Source: an uncultured virus (IMG/VR IMGVR_UViG_3300044617_000992) (Duplodnaviria > Heunggongvirae > Uroviricota > Caudoviricetes). Taken from it: 54,970 nt of DNA. The notes beneath the pieces were generated by a model. It did not search any database and was not told where the DNA came from. It saw only the letters and a program-made list of their open reading frames with translations. Positions 43,642 through 54,089 of the stretch are shown here, piece by piece. Each line of letters begins with the position of its first letter. The stretch's first letter is position 1. Made by a program: the position numbers and the translations under genes. The stretch lies in the IMG/VR virus record IMGVR_UViG_3300044617_000992; one strand, 5' to 3'.

Positions 43642-45357
43642 TCAGTCAAGCAGTACCCCAAATCCTTTTTGTTTCTGGAAGGATAGTATTGATTCAAACT
43701 TATCTTCCAATTCATCTTTCTTATGTGAAATCACAAAGACATTAGAATTTTTAATAACATATTTAATAATTTTAGTAAAGTTGTCAGTTCCAAATTCATC
43801 CAATGAACTATCAAATACTTCATCGAGAATTAGTAGGTTAGTATTCACAGAGTTTTTAACTTTAGCAACTTCCCTCCAGGTGAAAAGTAGTGCCAGGTCA
43901 ATTCTCATTTTTTCACCTTCACTAAAAGAATCATATGAAAAGTCTTCATATATTGGGTTCAATGCCTTCTCATTAAACTCTTCGTCCAATGTAAAGTTTA
44001 CTGGGAATTCCATCAGATCAAGATACTTATTTAAGTTCTGATTGATGATCGGAATATACTTTTTAATGATGCTAGTCTTTGCTCCCCCGTCTTTAAGTAG
44101 TAGATGAATGAACTCGCAATTTAATAGTTCTTCTTTTTTAGAGCAAATCTCTTCTACAATCTCATCTAACTTAACCTCAAATCCTTTTAGTTTTTCATAC
44201 TCAATATTAGTTCCTGTGCTTTTGGTGATAAGTCTTTGAATTTCAGATTGGAGTTCTTTCTTCTGTTTCTCCAATTGAGATATTTTAATTTGGTCCAAAC
44301 TAATTTGACTATTGGATTTGGTAATTTCATCTGATATTTTTAGAAATTTAGATTCATTTTTCTTCTCATTACGAATGTTAGTTTCAAGTTCTTCACAAGC
44401 AACTTTCAATTCATCTTGCTTACCTTTAATACTAGCAATCTTATTTAACCTAAATTCATTTTCAATAGATTGAGTGCAGGTAGGGCAAGTATCATTATTC
44501 TCGAAGAAGTCACAATCTTCAGTAAAATTAGATACCTTTTGAAGTAATTTTGCTTTTAGTATGTCTAACTTTTTAATTTTGGATTGTGATTTAGATACTG
44601 CCTTTAACTCATCCTGCTTATCAGATACAAAAGAAAGATTCTTAGTAATTTTATCTTGAAGTTGAGATACTTCTAATTCTATTTCAGATTGCTTTCTTTC
44701 CTTTTCCTCAACATCTTCCTTGTTTCTGTTTTCAAGTTCAGCAATGAGTGTCTTTTGTGATTCAATTTTATCTTCAATATTTTCTTTTTTGTATTCAGTT
44801 TCTTTGATATCATCTCTTAAACTCCTAATTTTATTTTTAGTGACATCATTCATCGAAGAAAATATTTTGATGTCTAGTAAATCTTCGACCACTTCTCTAC
44901 GATGTTGAGAAGAAAGTTGCATAAATGGAACAAAATTTGATGACCCGAGTATTACAATCTGAGTAAAAGATTTATAATTTAGTTTTAATAAATTTTGCTC
45001 CAACCATTTTTGCTGATCGGTAGAAGACGATAGTTCGTCCAATAACTTTCCGTTCTTTTCAATTTTGAATATACTAGGTTTTATTCCTCTTATAATTTTA
45101 TACTGATCTGCGTTTACCAAGAAATCAATTTCAACTACACAATCCTTTTCATTTACAGTGTTTACTAGTTGACCTTTGGTTATCTTCCGAAAAGGTTTAT
45201 TGAATAAAACAAAAGTTAAGGCATCCAGTAATGTACTTTTTCCTGCTCCATTTTGTCCAATAATTAATGTGGAATTGTTCTTCAGTAAATCTATAGTAGT
45301 CCAATAATTACCAGAAGATAATAAATTTTTATAACGAATTTTTTGAAATTTTATCAT
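43642..45357 (-). CDS. gp46: Recombination endonuclease ATPase subunit (Rad50/SbcC-like)
   Basis: GQNGAGKST, CPTC zinc hook, FSEGEK, LDEVFD, ISH. Confidence 0.95.
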   Translation of the reverse strand: MIKFQKIRYKNLLSSGNYWTTIDLLKNNSTLIIGQNGAGKSTLLDALTFVLFNKPFRKITKGQLVNTVNEKDCVVEIDFLVNADQYKIIRGIKPSIFKIEKNGKLLDELSSSTDQQKWLEQNLLKLNYKSFTQIVILGSSNFVPFMQLSSQHRREVVEDLLDIKIFSSMNDVTKNKIRSLRDDIKETEYKKENIEDKIESQKTLIAELENRNKEDVEEKERKQSEIELEVSQLQDKITKNLSFVSDKQDELKAVSKSQSKIKKLDILKAKLLQKVSNFTEDCDFFENNDTCPTCTQSIENEFRLNKIASIKGKQDELKVACEELETNIRNEKKNESKFLKISDEITKSNSQISLDQIKISQLEKQKKELQSEIQRLITKSTGTNIEYEKLKGFEVKLDEIVEEICSKKEELLNCEFIHLLLKDGGAKTSIIKKYIPIINQNLNKYLDLMEFPVNFTLDEEFNEKALNPIYEDFSYDSFSEGEKMRIDLALLFTWREVAKVKNSVNTNLLILDEVFDSSLDEFGTDNFTKIIKYVIKNSNVFVISHKKDELEDKFESILSFQKQKGFGVLLD

Positions 45358-45610
45358 AATTTGGAGGAACAACTAGATCATTTGGAGTAATTATAACATA
45401 TTCATAGTTGAATGTTTCACAAGCAATTATTACAGTTTCCCTTTCTACTTCTGTGATTTCCATTTCGGGATAATCCAATTCATCCAACATTGAAATATAT
45501 CTTTCAGCATCATCATATTCTTCAAAAATCATCAGGACATTATCACCATACTCATCTTCGATGGCAAATGCTCCTTCATTTTGATTTGATGCCAGAGTAA
45601 GAATATACAT
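45329..45610 (-). CDS. Acidic hypothetical phage protein
   Basis: 93-aa ORF between gp47 and gp46; FEEYDDAERY. Confidence 0.7.
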   Translation of the reverse strand: MYILTLASNQNEGAFAIEDEYGDNVLMIFEEYDDAERYISMLDELDYPEMEITEVERETVIIACETFNYEYVIITPNDLVVPPNYDKISKNSL

Positions 45611-45612
45611 TA

Positions 45613-46659
45613 TTATATCTGATAAGACTCTTGATATATTGAATTGATTAATCTCTTAATCTCATTCTTATTTAAACTAACTTCAGATTCATCTACATAC
45701 CGTTTTAGTAAAGATAAAGTATCCTCGGATTCGGCATTAGATTCTGGTAGTTCTATATTAGTATTAATTATACAAGATTCTATCAGTTTCAATTCATATG
45801 GATTACATTTAACTAATTTATCAAGATATTTCTCATACTTCTTTTGATCGTTTTTATTTTTTACAACAACCTTTACGATGCAATTTTCGTATTCATTAAG
45901 ATCTTCATTTAGGTTATCTTCATCATATTCAATAACTTTAAAAATATCATATGGATTATTGATATGCTCGTGTTCCATAGTATCAGTATCGAACACAGTA
46001 AACCCTCTAGGGTCTCCTAAATCACTCCAGAAGAGGTGATAAGGGTTTCCTACGTAGAATATCCTTCCGTTGTTCGATCTAGTGTGAAAGTGTCCCGAGA
46101 AGACACGTTGGAACTTGTCAAATAGTTTGCTCTCCAGACCGTGCTCCATGATGATTTGTTTATTAACTCTAAATCCTTGGAACTCAAGGTGCCCCATCGC
46201 ACACGGGCAAGTTGTGTTTTGAATAAGGTTGAAAGTAGTTTTTTCATTCTCTTGATTGATCCAGGGTAAAAATAAAATGTCAAGTCCGTCAATATTAACT
46301 TCTGTCGGTGAAGATATTTTGATTACGTTATCGTAATCTTGTAGAAGATATTCTAATGAATTTAAAGAGTTTGTATTTTTATAATAGATATCGTGATTAC
46401 CAACAATATTATAAACAGTAATTCCTAATGTCTCTAGGGTATCATAAAATATATCCTGTGCCCACTTCAGGGACCAATAATCAATACCTTTACGATTATC
46501 AAAGGAATCTCCCAAATGAATAACCGTATTAATATTATTCTTAATTAGGTATGGATGAAAAACATTCTCATAAAACTTTTGAAAATAATCATGAAATATT
46601 TTATTCCCTTTCTTAAATCCAAAATGGGTATCAGTAATTAGACAAACCTTCACTTGCAA
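45613..46659 (-). CDS. gp47: Recombination endonuclease nuclease subunit (Mre11/SbcD-like)
   Basis: TDTHFG, LGDSFD, GNHD, GHL, SGHFH. Confidence 0.95.
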   Translation of the reverse strand: MQVKVCLITDTHFGFKKGNKIFHDYFQKFYENVFHPYLIKNNINTVIHLGDSFDNRKGIDYWSLKWAQDIFYDTLETLGITVYNIVGNHDIYYKNTNSLNSLEYLLQDYDNVIKISSPTEVNIDGLDILFLPWINQENEKTTFNLIQNTTCPCAMGHLEFQGFRVNKQIIMEHGLESKLFDKFQRVFSGHFHTRSNNGRIFYVGNPYHLFWSDLGDPRGFTVFDTDTMEHEHINNPYDIFKVIEYDEDNLNEDLNEYENCIVKVVVKNKNDQKKYEKYLDKLVKCNPYELKLIESCIINTNIELPESNAESEDTLSLLKRYVDESEVSLNKNEIKRLINSIYQESYQI

Positions 46660-46668
46660 TCTCCAAAA

Positions 46669-47145
46669 TCATGTAAATCTATAATTGATACCATCCTTAA
46701 TGCTATTCATATTGCCATGATCATATCCAACATCAGAACTATCTGCACTAAAAACTTCTTCAAATCCTGACTTTTCTATAATTTTTGTTTTAATTTCCAG
46801 TTGTTTCTTTTCTTTTGCAATCCTTCTCAAGAAGGCATAGTAAATTACTTGAGTGAAATAGGCAAAAGGATTCTTTTTAGTCACATCAAAGTTATGGATG
46901 TATAACACACAATTTTCAATTCCATCACATATCATATCATCCTTAAACATATAATTCACAAAGTTCGGTTTATATGATAAGTGAGTGGCAATCTTCAAAA
47001 AGCATTCTCCAATATAATTTGGAATTTTTGGTTTTGGTAGATTTTTATCTTTTGCTTCATCTACAAGTTTTTTATAATCAACCAAAGCTTGATGAAAGTC
47101 TTTATTGCTTACATAATGTTCTGATCTTTTTCTTTCCTTAACCAT
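46669..47145 (-). CDS. gp55: Late transcription sigma factor
   Basis: HYVSNK, YIGECFLKIA..LS.KPNF.NY, DMI.DGIE, NPFAYFTQ; likely start MVKERK. Confidence 0.95.
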   Translation of the reverse strand: MVKERKRSEHYVSNKDFHQALVDYKKLVDEAKDKNLPKPKIPNYIGECFLKIATHLSYKPNFVNYMFKDDMICDGIENCVLYIHNFDVTKKNPFAYFTQVIYYAFLRRIAKEKKQLEIKTKIIEKSGFEEVFSADSSDVGYDHGNMNSIKDGINYRFT

Positions 47146-47223
47146 AACTTTTAAAAACATATTAAATTTTTTAATCCTAACATTGCTGATACTCTACTCT
47201 AAAATTAGTCCTTTGACAAGTGC

Positions 47224-47264
47224 TTGACAGGAAACGAAACCTTGAGTAGGATCACTCTGTTGGG
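47224..47264 (+). promoter_or_regulatory. Antisense-oriented sigma70-type promoter followed by CACTCTGTTGGG
   Basis: TTGACA-17 nt-TAGGAT with no plus-strand gene downstream. Confidence 0.55.
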
Positions 47265-47284
47265 TTTCAAGATTAGTTATATCT

Positions 47285-47662
47285 TTAATTACTTTTATAT
47301 AGTCTTTCTAAGGTTTCTCTCGCAGAATCAACTTTAGAGATGAGACCCATTTGCTTGGTTACTTGTACTTGAGCACTTGGACGATTAAATCTTTTATAGA
47401 TTGATATTATGTTTGCATCCTTAATTTCAGTCATAGTAAGTACTTTATCGAAGTTAAGAATAAACATTTCATCATCAGAGATATTAACCCAGGGAACAAC
47501 TTTGTATCCCATAGTACGACTGGATTTAGATTGAATAGGAGTAATAATAACTGGATTATCCAGTATCAAAAATCTTCTATCATCTTCCTCACTAATGCAT
47601 ACCAAGGAAAATATCTCTTCTCCTGATACTAATTTAATTGTTGCATAAAAGTCTTCTTCCAT
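47285..47662 (-). CDS. Conserved hypothetical protein between uvsW and gp55
   Basis: Likely start MEEDFYATIKLVSGEEI. Confidence 0.75.
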   Translation of the reverse strand: MEEDFYATIKLVSGEEIFSLVCISEEDDRRFLILDNPVIITPIQSKSSRTMGYKVVPWVNISDDEMFILNFDKVLTMTEIKDANIISIYKRFNRPSAQVQVTKQMGLISKVDSARETLERLYKSN

Positions 47663-49124
47663 TTGTTTTGAAGTTGATGGTGATAATTTCATAATCAAAG
47701 TTTTCTTCATTGTAAATTTTAATTCTTTCAATCAAATGATTTAAAGTATAATTTCTTTTTGATTTGTATTTAACTTCATCAGCAATATCATATAAGGTTG
47801 CTGATACTTTTTCTTTTCCCTTTCGGAGAACTCTTCCAATTGATTGGAGATTTCTTATTCTAGATTTTGAAGGTGATGCGAAGACAATATTGTGTAAGTT
47901 TCTAATATTGATACCTGTACTAAAAGTGCCATAAGAAGCAACAATAATCGCATTGGATTCTTCCTCGGTAATTTTTCTTACCAATTCTCTCTCTTCAGTA
48001 TCCACTCCACCATGAATAAAAAATATTTTTCTATTTTCACTGGCACTCTTATTTATGAGTTCATATAATGGTTGACCATGAGTTGCAACACGATTAAACA
48101 ATACAAGAGTATTTCCCTTTAAATCCAAAACTAAATTTTTTATAAAATTATTTCTTTTACCGTTTCCAATTAAATATTGAACTTCTTCTTCATAATCATT
48201 AAATTCATTATCGTCATGAGATAGAAGAAGAACTTTAATTTTTAATTGAGATAGATAACCCTTTTTAATGAGGTCATCAGTCTTGATAAGTTTATATGTT
48301 GGACCAAACAATCCTTCTAAAACTAGTTTGTGAGTTTGAGATCCATCTAAAGTACCAGTAAATCCAAATCTATATTTTGCATCGTGAAGTTTATCCATAA
48401 TGCTGATTAAAGATTTAGATTTGAATTGATGTGCCTCATCTCCAATGACTACATCATAGTTTTGGAAATAAGATTTATCTAATTTGTATATTGATTGCCA
48501 AGTGGATATTGTAACTGGTTTTTCTGCCTCTCTAGACATTCCACCATAGATTTTGTGGCAATATGCCTCAGAGTTCCATCCATAGTCTTCAAAGTCCTTA
48601 TACATCTGTTCTACGAGTGATGTGGTAGGGACTATGAGGAGTATGTTCTTTCCTTTCTCGACAAAATATCTAACCACAGAGTAAATCATTAAAGATTTTC
48701 CAGATGCAGTTGGAGAAAGAATTAACTTTCTTTTATATTTTAATGCATCATAAACTCCTTGTATTTGATAATCTCTTGGTTCGTGAGAGCATATACTTTT
48801 CATATAATCTTTCACTCCCTCCATAGAAATAGTAGAATCTACTTCTCCAGGAAATCCATAATATTTGTTTTCTTTGAACTCAAACTTATAGTTATGATTA
48901 TCGCAAAAAGTAATTAGTTTATCCAATAGACCAACATAGATCTCTCCAGTTTGAACGTTGAATAATCTAATTTTTCCATCCCAATGCTTGCTCCTGAATT
49001 GAGGCATAAACTTTGCCCCAGGAACATCAAAAGTAAATTGATCACTCAGTTCGTATTTGATATGAGGTTCGCATTCTACTTTTAAATATATTTCATTTTT
49101 CTTGGATATAATAAGATCTGCCAT
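47634..49124 (-). CDS. uvsW: SF2 RNA-DNA/DNA helicase
   Basis: PRDYQ, SPTASGKS, DEAH, TGT, QSIGRVLR. Confidence 0.96.
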   Translation of the reverse strand: MADLIISKKNEIYLKVECEPHIKYELSDQFTFDVPGAKFMPQFRSKHWDGKIRLFNVQTGEIYVGLLDKLITFCDNHNYKFEFKENKYYGFPGEVDSTISMEGVKDYMKSICSHEPRDYQIQGVYDALKYKRKLILSPTASGKSLMIYSVVRYFVEKGKNILLIVPTTSLVEQMYKDFEDYGWNSEAYCHKIYGGMSREAEKPVTISTWQSIYKLDKSYFQNYDVVIGDEAHQFKSKSLISIMDKLHDAKYRFGFTGTLDGSQTHKLVLEGLFGPTYKLIKTDDLIKKGYLSQLKIKVLLLSHDDNEFNDYEEEVQYLIGNGKRNNFIKNLVLDLKGNTLVLFNRVATHGQPLYELINKSASENRKIFFIHGGVDTEERELVRKITEEESNAIIVASYGTFSTGINIRNLHNIVFASPSKSRIRNLQSIGRVLRKGKEKVSATLYDIADEVKYKSKRNYTLNHLIERIKIYNEENFDYEIITINFKTNGRRLLCNN

Positions 49125-49125
49125 A

Positions 49126-49557
49126 TTACATTCCCGATTGGAATCTTAAGAAGTCAATTGAATTTTTAATTTGATAAGTTCTGTTGGAAATCATTTTTAT
49201 AATTTCCTCCAAATATTTTAATATTATATCATAATATTCAATTTTCATAAAAATATCTGATAGTTTCTGATCTGCTTCCAGATATCTATTCATACCTTCT
49301 TTATCTCTTACTTTGTAAGGGAATGGTTCTTCTTTATAAACTTCTGGAGCAGATTTGCCGTTGTAGTAATTGTATCGTTCTAACTTCTTCTGCTTGTACT
49401 GAAGTTCTGATCTTTTTCTTAATAAGGAAACATTATTGTAAATTTCATAATATTTTGAGTGTAGAGATGCTACCTTTAAGGATTCGTTGTGAAGATCATC
49501 AATGTTGATTTGAGAATCTTCTTTCCACATCTCTTGAATTTTTTCAAGGTCAATCAT
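49126..49557 (-). CDS. uvsY: Recombination mediator
   Basis: D..I....L..ES......LHSKY...YY.G pattern; synteny gp3-uvsY-uvsW. Confidence 0.9.
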   Translation of the reverse strand: MIDLEKIQEMWKEDSQINIDDLHNESLKVASLHSKYYEIYNNVSLLRKRSELQYKQKKLERYNYYNGKSAPEVYKEEPFPYKVRDKEGMNRYLEADQKLSDIFMKIEYYDIILKYLEEIIKMISNRTYQIKNSIDFLRFQSGM

Positions 49558-50108
49558 AAATTCGGAATAATTTTATAATAAGTATATTTGAAATTAACTT
49601 GTGCTGTAAAATAATTAATATTTTCTTCTGTTGCGTCAAATTCCAAAGATGATAATGAAGTAGGATACATCCCTGTAAATTTAACTGAAAATGTTGGATT
49701 GAAATTACTATTTAAAATTTGCAATGTAGCATCTGATTGTTCGTAAAATTCAGTTGAATTATTTGATTCTGGATTAGAAATCTTAGTAGATTTCATCAGG
49801 TCATCATACTGTTCTAAACTATAAGGAAATCCTAAACCAGTCATCCAATTCCATATTTCCAAATAGTTCTCTAGATTTTCATCAACTAAAAATCTTAGAT
49901 TGAAATCCCCAAAGGTCATCTTATCTCCAGGGATATCAATATTTTTTCCATACCTTGTTTGGATTGCAGATCCTAAAGATATTGCTGGTATGTTCGCAGC
50001 ATTGGAATAGAAATCAACCTTAGGTGCCTTATTCAGGTTAAACTTAAACCCAGTTGGTGATAGGAAATTTTTATTTGATGGTTGCCCACTCCAAGTACTA
50101 TTCGTCAT
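49554..50108 (-). CDS. gp3: Tail completion / tube terminator protein
   Basis: NFLSPTGFKF, ANIP.I.LG, PGDK, FLVDENLENY, SDATL.IL. Confidence 0.88.
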   Translation of the reverse strand: MTNSTWSGQPSNKNFLSPTGFKFNLNKAPKVDFYSNAANIPAISLGSAIQTRYGKNIDIPGDKMTFGDFNLRFLVDENLENYLEIWNWMTGLGFPYSLEQYDDLMKSTKISNPESNNSTEFYEQSDATLQILNSNFNPTFSVKFTGMYPTSLSSLEFDATEENINYFTAQVNFKYTYYKIIPNL

Positions 50109-50138
50109 AATTTTGTGTTTTTAACTATTTATTTGCAT

Positions 50139-50163
50139 AAAAAAAGAGGGTCCGAAGACCCTC
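50139..50163 (-). terminator. Intrinsic terminator after gp23
   Basis: GAGGGTC-TTCG-GACCCTC + T7. Confidence 0.9.
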
Positions 50164-50182
50164 CCCGAAACTTGTGAATGGC

Positions 50183-51607
50183 TCACATAAGGTTCTTGAT
50201 TTGAACTCTTCTGTAGTAACGGTTTGTGTTCTGTTGAATTCTTCCCAGACCAGCACTGGTGCCTTCTGCGAATGGGTTGGCAACCATACCGTATCTGGTC
50301 TTGAATCCAATCTTGGGCTGGAAGGTGTCCTGACCAACAGCACGAACCATCTGGAGAGGAACGTAAGGGCAATAGAACAGACCAGCATCATAAGGATTAG
50401 TTCCCTTGTAACCAACAACGTAATACTGCTCAGCAGCAAGGTTGGCAGCAAATGGGTCAATATAAACTCTGAACTTACCGTTGAGAACACCAGCAAAAGT
50501 ATTGCCAGTATCATCAACGTTCAGGTTGGCATTGAGAGCAGGAGTATAATCCAGCAGACCAGCCATGGTCAGAGCAGAAGCAACGTCAGCAGAACAAAGG
50601 ATAACGTTACCCTTTCCTCTACGAGTTCTTTGTGCGATTGCGTTGGCATCTCTTTCCAGTTGGAAAAGAAGACCCTTGAACTTCTCAACGGACCAACGAC
50701 CGTTTGAGTCAACATCGAGGTCGAAGATACCAGCAGTTGCTACGTTGGTTTGAGCACCAGCTTCAGCAATCTTGTAGATAGTACGGATAACTTCACGGTT
50801 GATTTCAGCAAGAATCTCAGTTGAGAGAATGTTTGCTAATTCAGCCTCAGCATCCAGACCGTGGATTGCCTTAAGGTCTTGTGCCAGTTCCAGAGTGTAC
50901 TCTGCCTTGAGTGCTCTTGACTTGGCAGTAACAGCAATCTTTTCGATGCTGAATGCCATCTGGTTGAACTGATCTCCAGCAGCACCACCAAGTGCTTCAG
51001 CAGCTTGAGTGCTCATACCCTGACCAACTCTGTAGTCAGTTCCAACAGCACCTGCACTGTTCAGAAGAGCAGGGTTAGTACCAGCAGCAGTACCACCACC
51101 AACGAAACCAGTGGTTCCGAAACCAACGGAAGCACCACCGTCACTTCCTCCGGTGTAGTCGCCTTGAGCCAGGTTGTAACCGTCGTCCTGACCTGAGTAA
51201 GCAGTATCAGGCTCGTTGTACAGAGCTTCAGTACCGTCCTGATTTACATACTTGCTTCTCATTGCGAAGATCAGTCCAGTAGGACCATTCATTGGCTGAA
51301 CGCCAGCAAGATCATAAGCAACCAGGTTAGGCATTGAACGTCTGATCAGTGAGATCAGAACTGGATCGAAACCTGCAACTGGAGCAGATGCACCACCAGA
51401 GAAACCGGCGGCACCAGTAGCACCTGGGTCAGTGTTGATGTTAGGGGCAGCCTCGGTGAGGAAACCTCTCTCTTCTTTTAAAAATCTTTCTTGGTTTTCG
51501 AGCAGAACTGCAGTAACCGCTTTTCTATAAGGATCCTTGATGTCATCAAGGCCGTTTGCCTCAAGAAGTGGTTTCCACTTATTCTGCAATTGTTCTGAAA
51601 GGAACAT
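50183..51607 (-). CDS. gp23: Major capsid protein
   Basis: LLENQE, FDPVLISLIRR, GVQPM.GPTGLIFAMR, SRALKAEYT.ELAQDLKAIHGLDAE, FYCPYVPL, GFKTRYG. Confidence 0.98.
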   Translation of the reverse strand: MFLSEQLQNKWKPLLEANGLDDIKDPYRKAVTAVLLENQERFLKEERGFLTEAAPNINTDPGATGAAGFSGGASAPVAGFDPVLISLIRRSMPNLVAYDLAGVQPMNGPTGLIFAMRSKYVNQDGTEALYNEPDTAYSGQDDGYNLAQGDYTGGSDGGASVGFGTTGFVGGGTAAGTNPALLNSAGAVGTDYRVGQGMSTQAAEALGGAAGDQFNQMAFSIEKIAVTAKSRALKAEYTLELAQDLKAIHGLDAEAELANILSTEILAEINREVIRTIYKIAEAGAQTNVATAGIFDLDVDSNGRWSVEKFKGLLFQLERDANAIAQRTRRGKGNVILCSADVASALTMAGLLDYTPALNANLNVDDTGNTFAGVLNGKFRVYIDPFAANLAAEQYYVVGYKGTNPYDAGLFYCPYVPLQMVRAVGQDTFQPKIGFKTRYGMVANPFAEGTSAGLGRIQQNTNRYYRRVQIKNLM

Positions 51608-51674
51608 TTGCTTTTCTCCTTGTTTAGTCTTGTTAAAGTGTTTTTAACTACAAATATTTAGTATAATGTAGATT

Positions 51675-52811
51675 TCACTTGGCATATTTACCAAGTGCTT
51701 TCAAATAAGCATTCATTTGGGGACCGTAATCCTCATCTGCTTGCTCCAAAAGAATTTCTCCTTTTGATGAAGATACTGGAATTTTTGTGAAGTATGACTC
51801 CTTTAGGGTCTCCAGTCTCTCACGATAGTCTTCTTCACTTTCAAACTCAACACTTTCAGCAAGACTTGCAAGCTTTTCCTTTTGAGTTAAAGCTAATCCT
51901 TCAGCAACATCATTTAAAATGGTGTCACTAACTGCCTCACTAAGTCTTCTATTTAACTGAACATTTCTTTCGATCTGTTCGTTGAGTTTTTCTTCCATTT
52001 CATCTAGTCTTTCGACCATTCCTTCTAGGACATCATATTTCTCTTCAGGGATTTCTACATAATGATCTTCAAAAAGTCCTTTGAGGTTGGTTAAGAACGA
52101 TTCTGCTAATTGTGATCTGATACCAGTCTCAATCTGCAGTGAGTTCTCGACCATCCACTCTTCGGAAACGTATTCCAGATAAGAATCAACTCTTTCAGTC
52201 AATTCGTTTCTGATTTCGGTAACTTCTTCTACAAGTCTTTGAGCATACTCTTCTTCGTATGCTTCAACGATTGCGATTAACTTTTGCTTAATCGCAGCTT
52301 CAAAAATGATTGCTGCCTTATTCATAAACTCAGGGGAAAGATCCTCTCCTTCCATCAGAGCATTGATATCGTCAGAGTAATCTACTCTTTCAGATACAAT
52401 CTCATCGAGTTTCTCTTCTAATGAAAGAATATCTTCAGCAATCTCTTCTACTTCTTCAGTCTCAATCTCTTCTTCTTCAGAGATGTACTCTTCATCCTCA
52501 AGTTCAGTCTCCTCATAACTCATAGCACCTTTGTTAGCAACGGGCATAGGATCGGGAGCCTTGGCACCCTTATTTACGACGTTGCTAACTCTGGAAAGAG
52601 TTCTTGCAGGAGTCTTGAGTTTGTTCGACTCATCTTCTGGTCTTGAATTTTGAGGAGTGGGACCTCCGAGATCTTCTACAGAATTATTAAGACCTTCACC
52701 TGGAACTGTGCCTTTTGGCATTCCTTCAGCAGGCTTAGCACCTTTGTTTACTGCAGTAGTAGATTTTTTAGTAGATACTTCCATTTCTTGTAAATCGTTA
52801 CCGACACTCAT
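51675..52811 (-). CDS. gp22: Prohead core scaffold protein
   Basis: Acidic coiled coil; IFEAA, VDSYL.YV.EEW; between gp21 and gp23. Confidence 0.93.
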   Translation of the reverse strand: MSVGNDLQEMEVSTKKSTTAVNKGAKPAEGMPKGTVPGEGLNNSVEDLGGPTPQNSRPEDESNKLKTPARTLSRVSNVVNKGAKAPDPMPVANKGAMSYEETELEDEEYISEEEEIETEEVEEIAEDILSLEEKLDEIVSERVDYSDDINALMEGEDLSPEFMNKAAIIFEAAIKQKLIAIVEAYEEEYAQRLVEEVTEIRNELTERVDSYLEYVSEEWMVENSLQIETGIRSQLAESFLTNLKGLFEDHYVEIPEEKYDVLEGMVERLDEMEEKLNEQIERNVQLNRRLSEAVSDTILNDVAEGLALTQKEKLASLAESVEFESEEDYRERLETLKESYFTKIPVSSSKGEILLEQADEDYGPQMNAYLKALGKYAK

Positions 52812-52864
52812 TTTTATTCTCCGAATAAAATCTTTAATTAATTTATTCTATATTTATTTATAAA

Positions 52865-53515
52865 TTATAGATTTGAAAGATAGTCGTTTAATAGTTTGAG
52901 TTTATTATGCTCACTCAACTTTCTTGCTTTGGTAAGTCTTTCAATTTTCTGTCTTGTTTCTGCCGCATTCATTTCCTTTAGGATTCCACCATCCCATACC
53001 CATTCCTTTCCTTCCATAATTCCTTGAACGAAGGCATCAGGTGCAGATGGATCAGCAACAATGTCAGCAGCAGTTGCCAACATAAAATCTTCACCCACAT
53101 ACTTAATACCATTCTTCTCAACTAAAGAACCAATTCCTCTAGATGAAACTCCAAGAGTTACTCCCTCACCCAAAAGTGACTTTGCAATGTTTCCCATTGG
53201 AGTATCAAGAAGTTTTGCCTTTCCAATGAAATTATTACCCTCTCTATGAAGAGAAGTAATCATATGAGAAACTCTATCTAAATTTACAGTTGGACCATCT
53301 GGATGACCGAGTTCACCAAGTGCTCTTCCTTTGCAAATAAAACTATCGTTATATCTTTTTACTTCTCTCTCCATAATAGAAAGAGGATAGTTTCTACCAT
53401 TTCTGTTAGTAACTTCTGCTTGAAGGAAAGGACCTTGAATATACAGGGTCTTTATACCATTCTTTTCTTCAGTAATAATTTCTACTGATTCGATTTCTTC
53501 TGTGATGAGTTTCAT
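52865..53515 (-). CDS. gp21: Prohead protease
   Basis: NRNGRNYP, ALGELGHP, DTPMG, GVSSRGIGS, DIVADPSAPDA. Confidence 0.96.
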   Translation of the reverse strand: MKLITEEIESVEIITEEKNGIKTLYIQGPFLQAEVTNRNGRNYPLSIMEREVKRYNDSFICKGRALGELGHPDGPTVNLDRVSHMITSLHREGNNFIGKAKLLDTPMGNIAKSLLGEGVTLGVSSRGIGSLVEKNGIKYVGEDFMLATAADIVADPSAPDAFVQGIMEGKEWVWDGGILKEMNAAETRQKIERLTKARKLSEHNKLKLLNDYLSNL

Positions 53516-53517
53516 TT

Positions 53518-54048
53518 TTATGCCTGGGATGAGATTTGTACTTCTGAAATAAAGACATTCGCAGTTCCACCTTGACCCAAGGCAGAAACTTTTACACTTC
53601 TTGCAACTACCGCACCTGTTACTGTAATTACTCCAACTACTGAAGATGAGTCGTGATTAATGGTAATTGACCCATCAGTCTTTGCAGTTACTGCTACGTG
53701 CGAGGTGTTGATACCAGATGTAGTTGCACCTTCTATCGATACATAATCCCCAACTACAAATGGATTTCCGTAGTTTTCTCCGAATAGAACTATAGTGGTT
53801 GCTCCAGTTGTAATACCTGAAATTTGCTGTCTAGCAACTCTTTCCTTCAGGACTTCTGGTTGAGAAGTTACAATATGAAAATCTGATGAGGTTGCAGTTG
53901 GCGCAGTTCCAATAGCAACATTTGCATTTGCTGCAGAAGTTGAAATTCTCAAAACACCACTTTTCAGTGAAATGGCATCACTAGTTGATGCTGATCCAGT
54001 TGTGACACCAGTTAATGGTGCAATTGTTTGCACTATTTTGTATGACAT
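53518..54048 (-). CDS. Putative virion structural protein (Thr/Ser/Gly-rich)
   Basis: 176-aa ORF in the head module; CTAAATA upstream. Confidence 0.65.
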   Translation of the reverse strand: MSYKIVQTIAPLTGVTTGSASTSDAISLKSGVLRISTSAANANVAIGTAPTATSSDFHIVTSQPEVLKERVARQQISGITTGATTIVLFGENYGNPFVVGDYVSIEGATTSGINTSHVAVTAKTDGSITINHDSSSVVGVITVTGAVVARSVKVSALGQGGTANVFISEVQISSQA

Positions 54049-54089
54049 TCTTATAATTTGACAATATTAAGTATTTAGTAAATCCTAAA

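Noticed and set aside
24052..50163. Identical 18-nt hairpin GAGGGTCTTCGGACCCTC after nrdB and gp23 as a mobile repeat
   Set aside because: Ordinary cUUCGg-tetraloop terminators typical of T4-like phages; identity does not extend beyond the stem and U-tract
50121..50517. Alternative-frame minus-strand ORFs overlapping the gp23 3' end as frameshift extensions
   Set aside because: No clear slippery site seen; they cross the terminator and are explained by the biased codon usage of gp23
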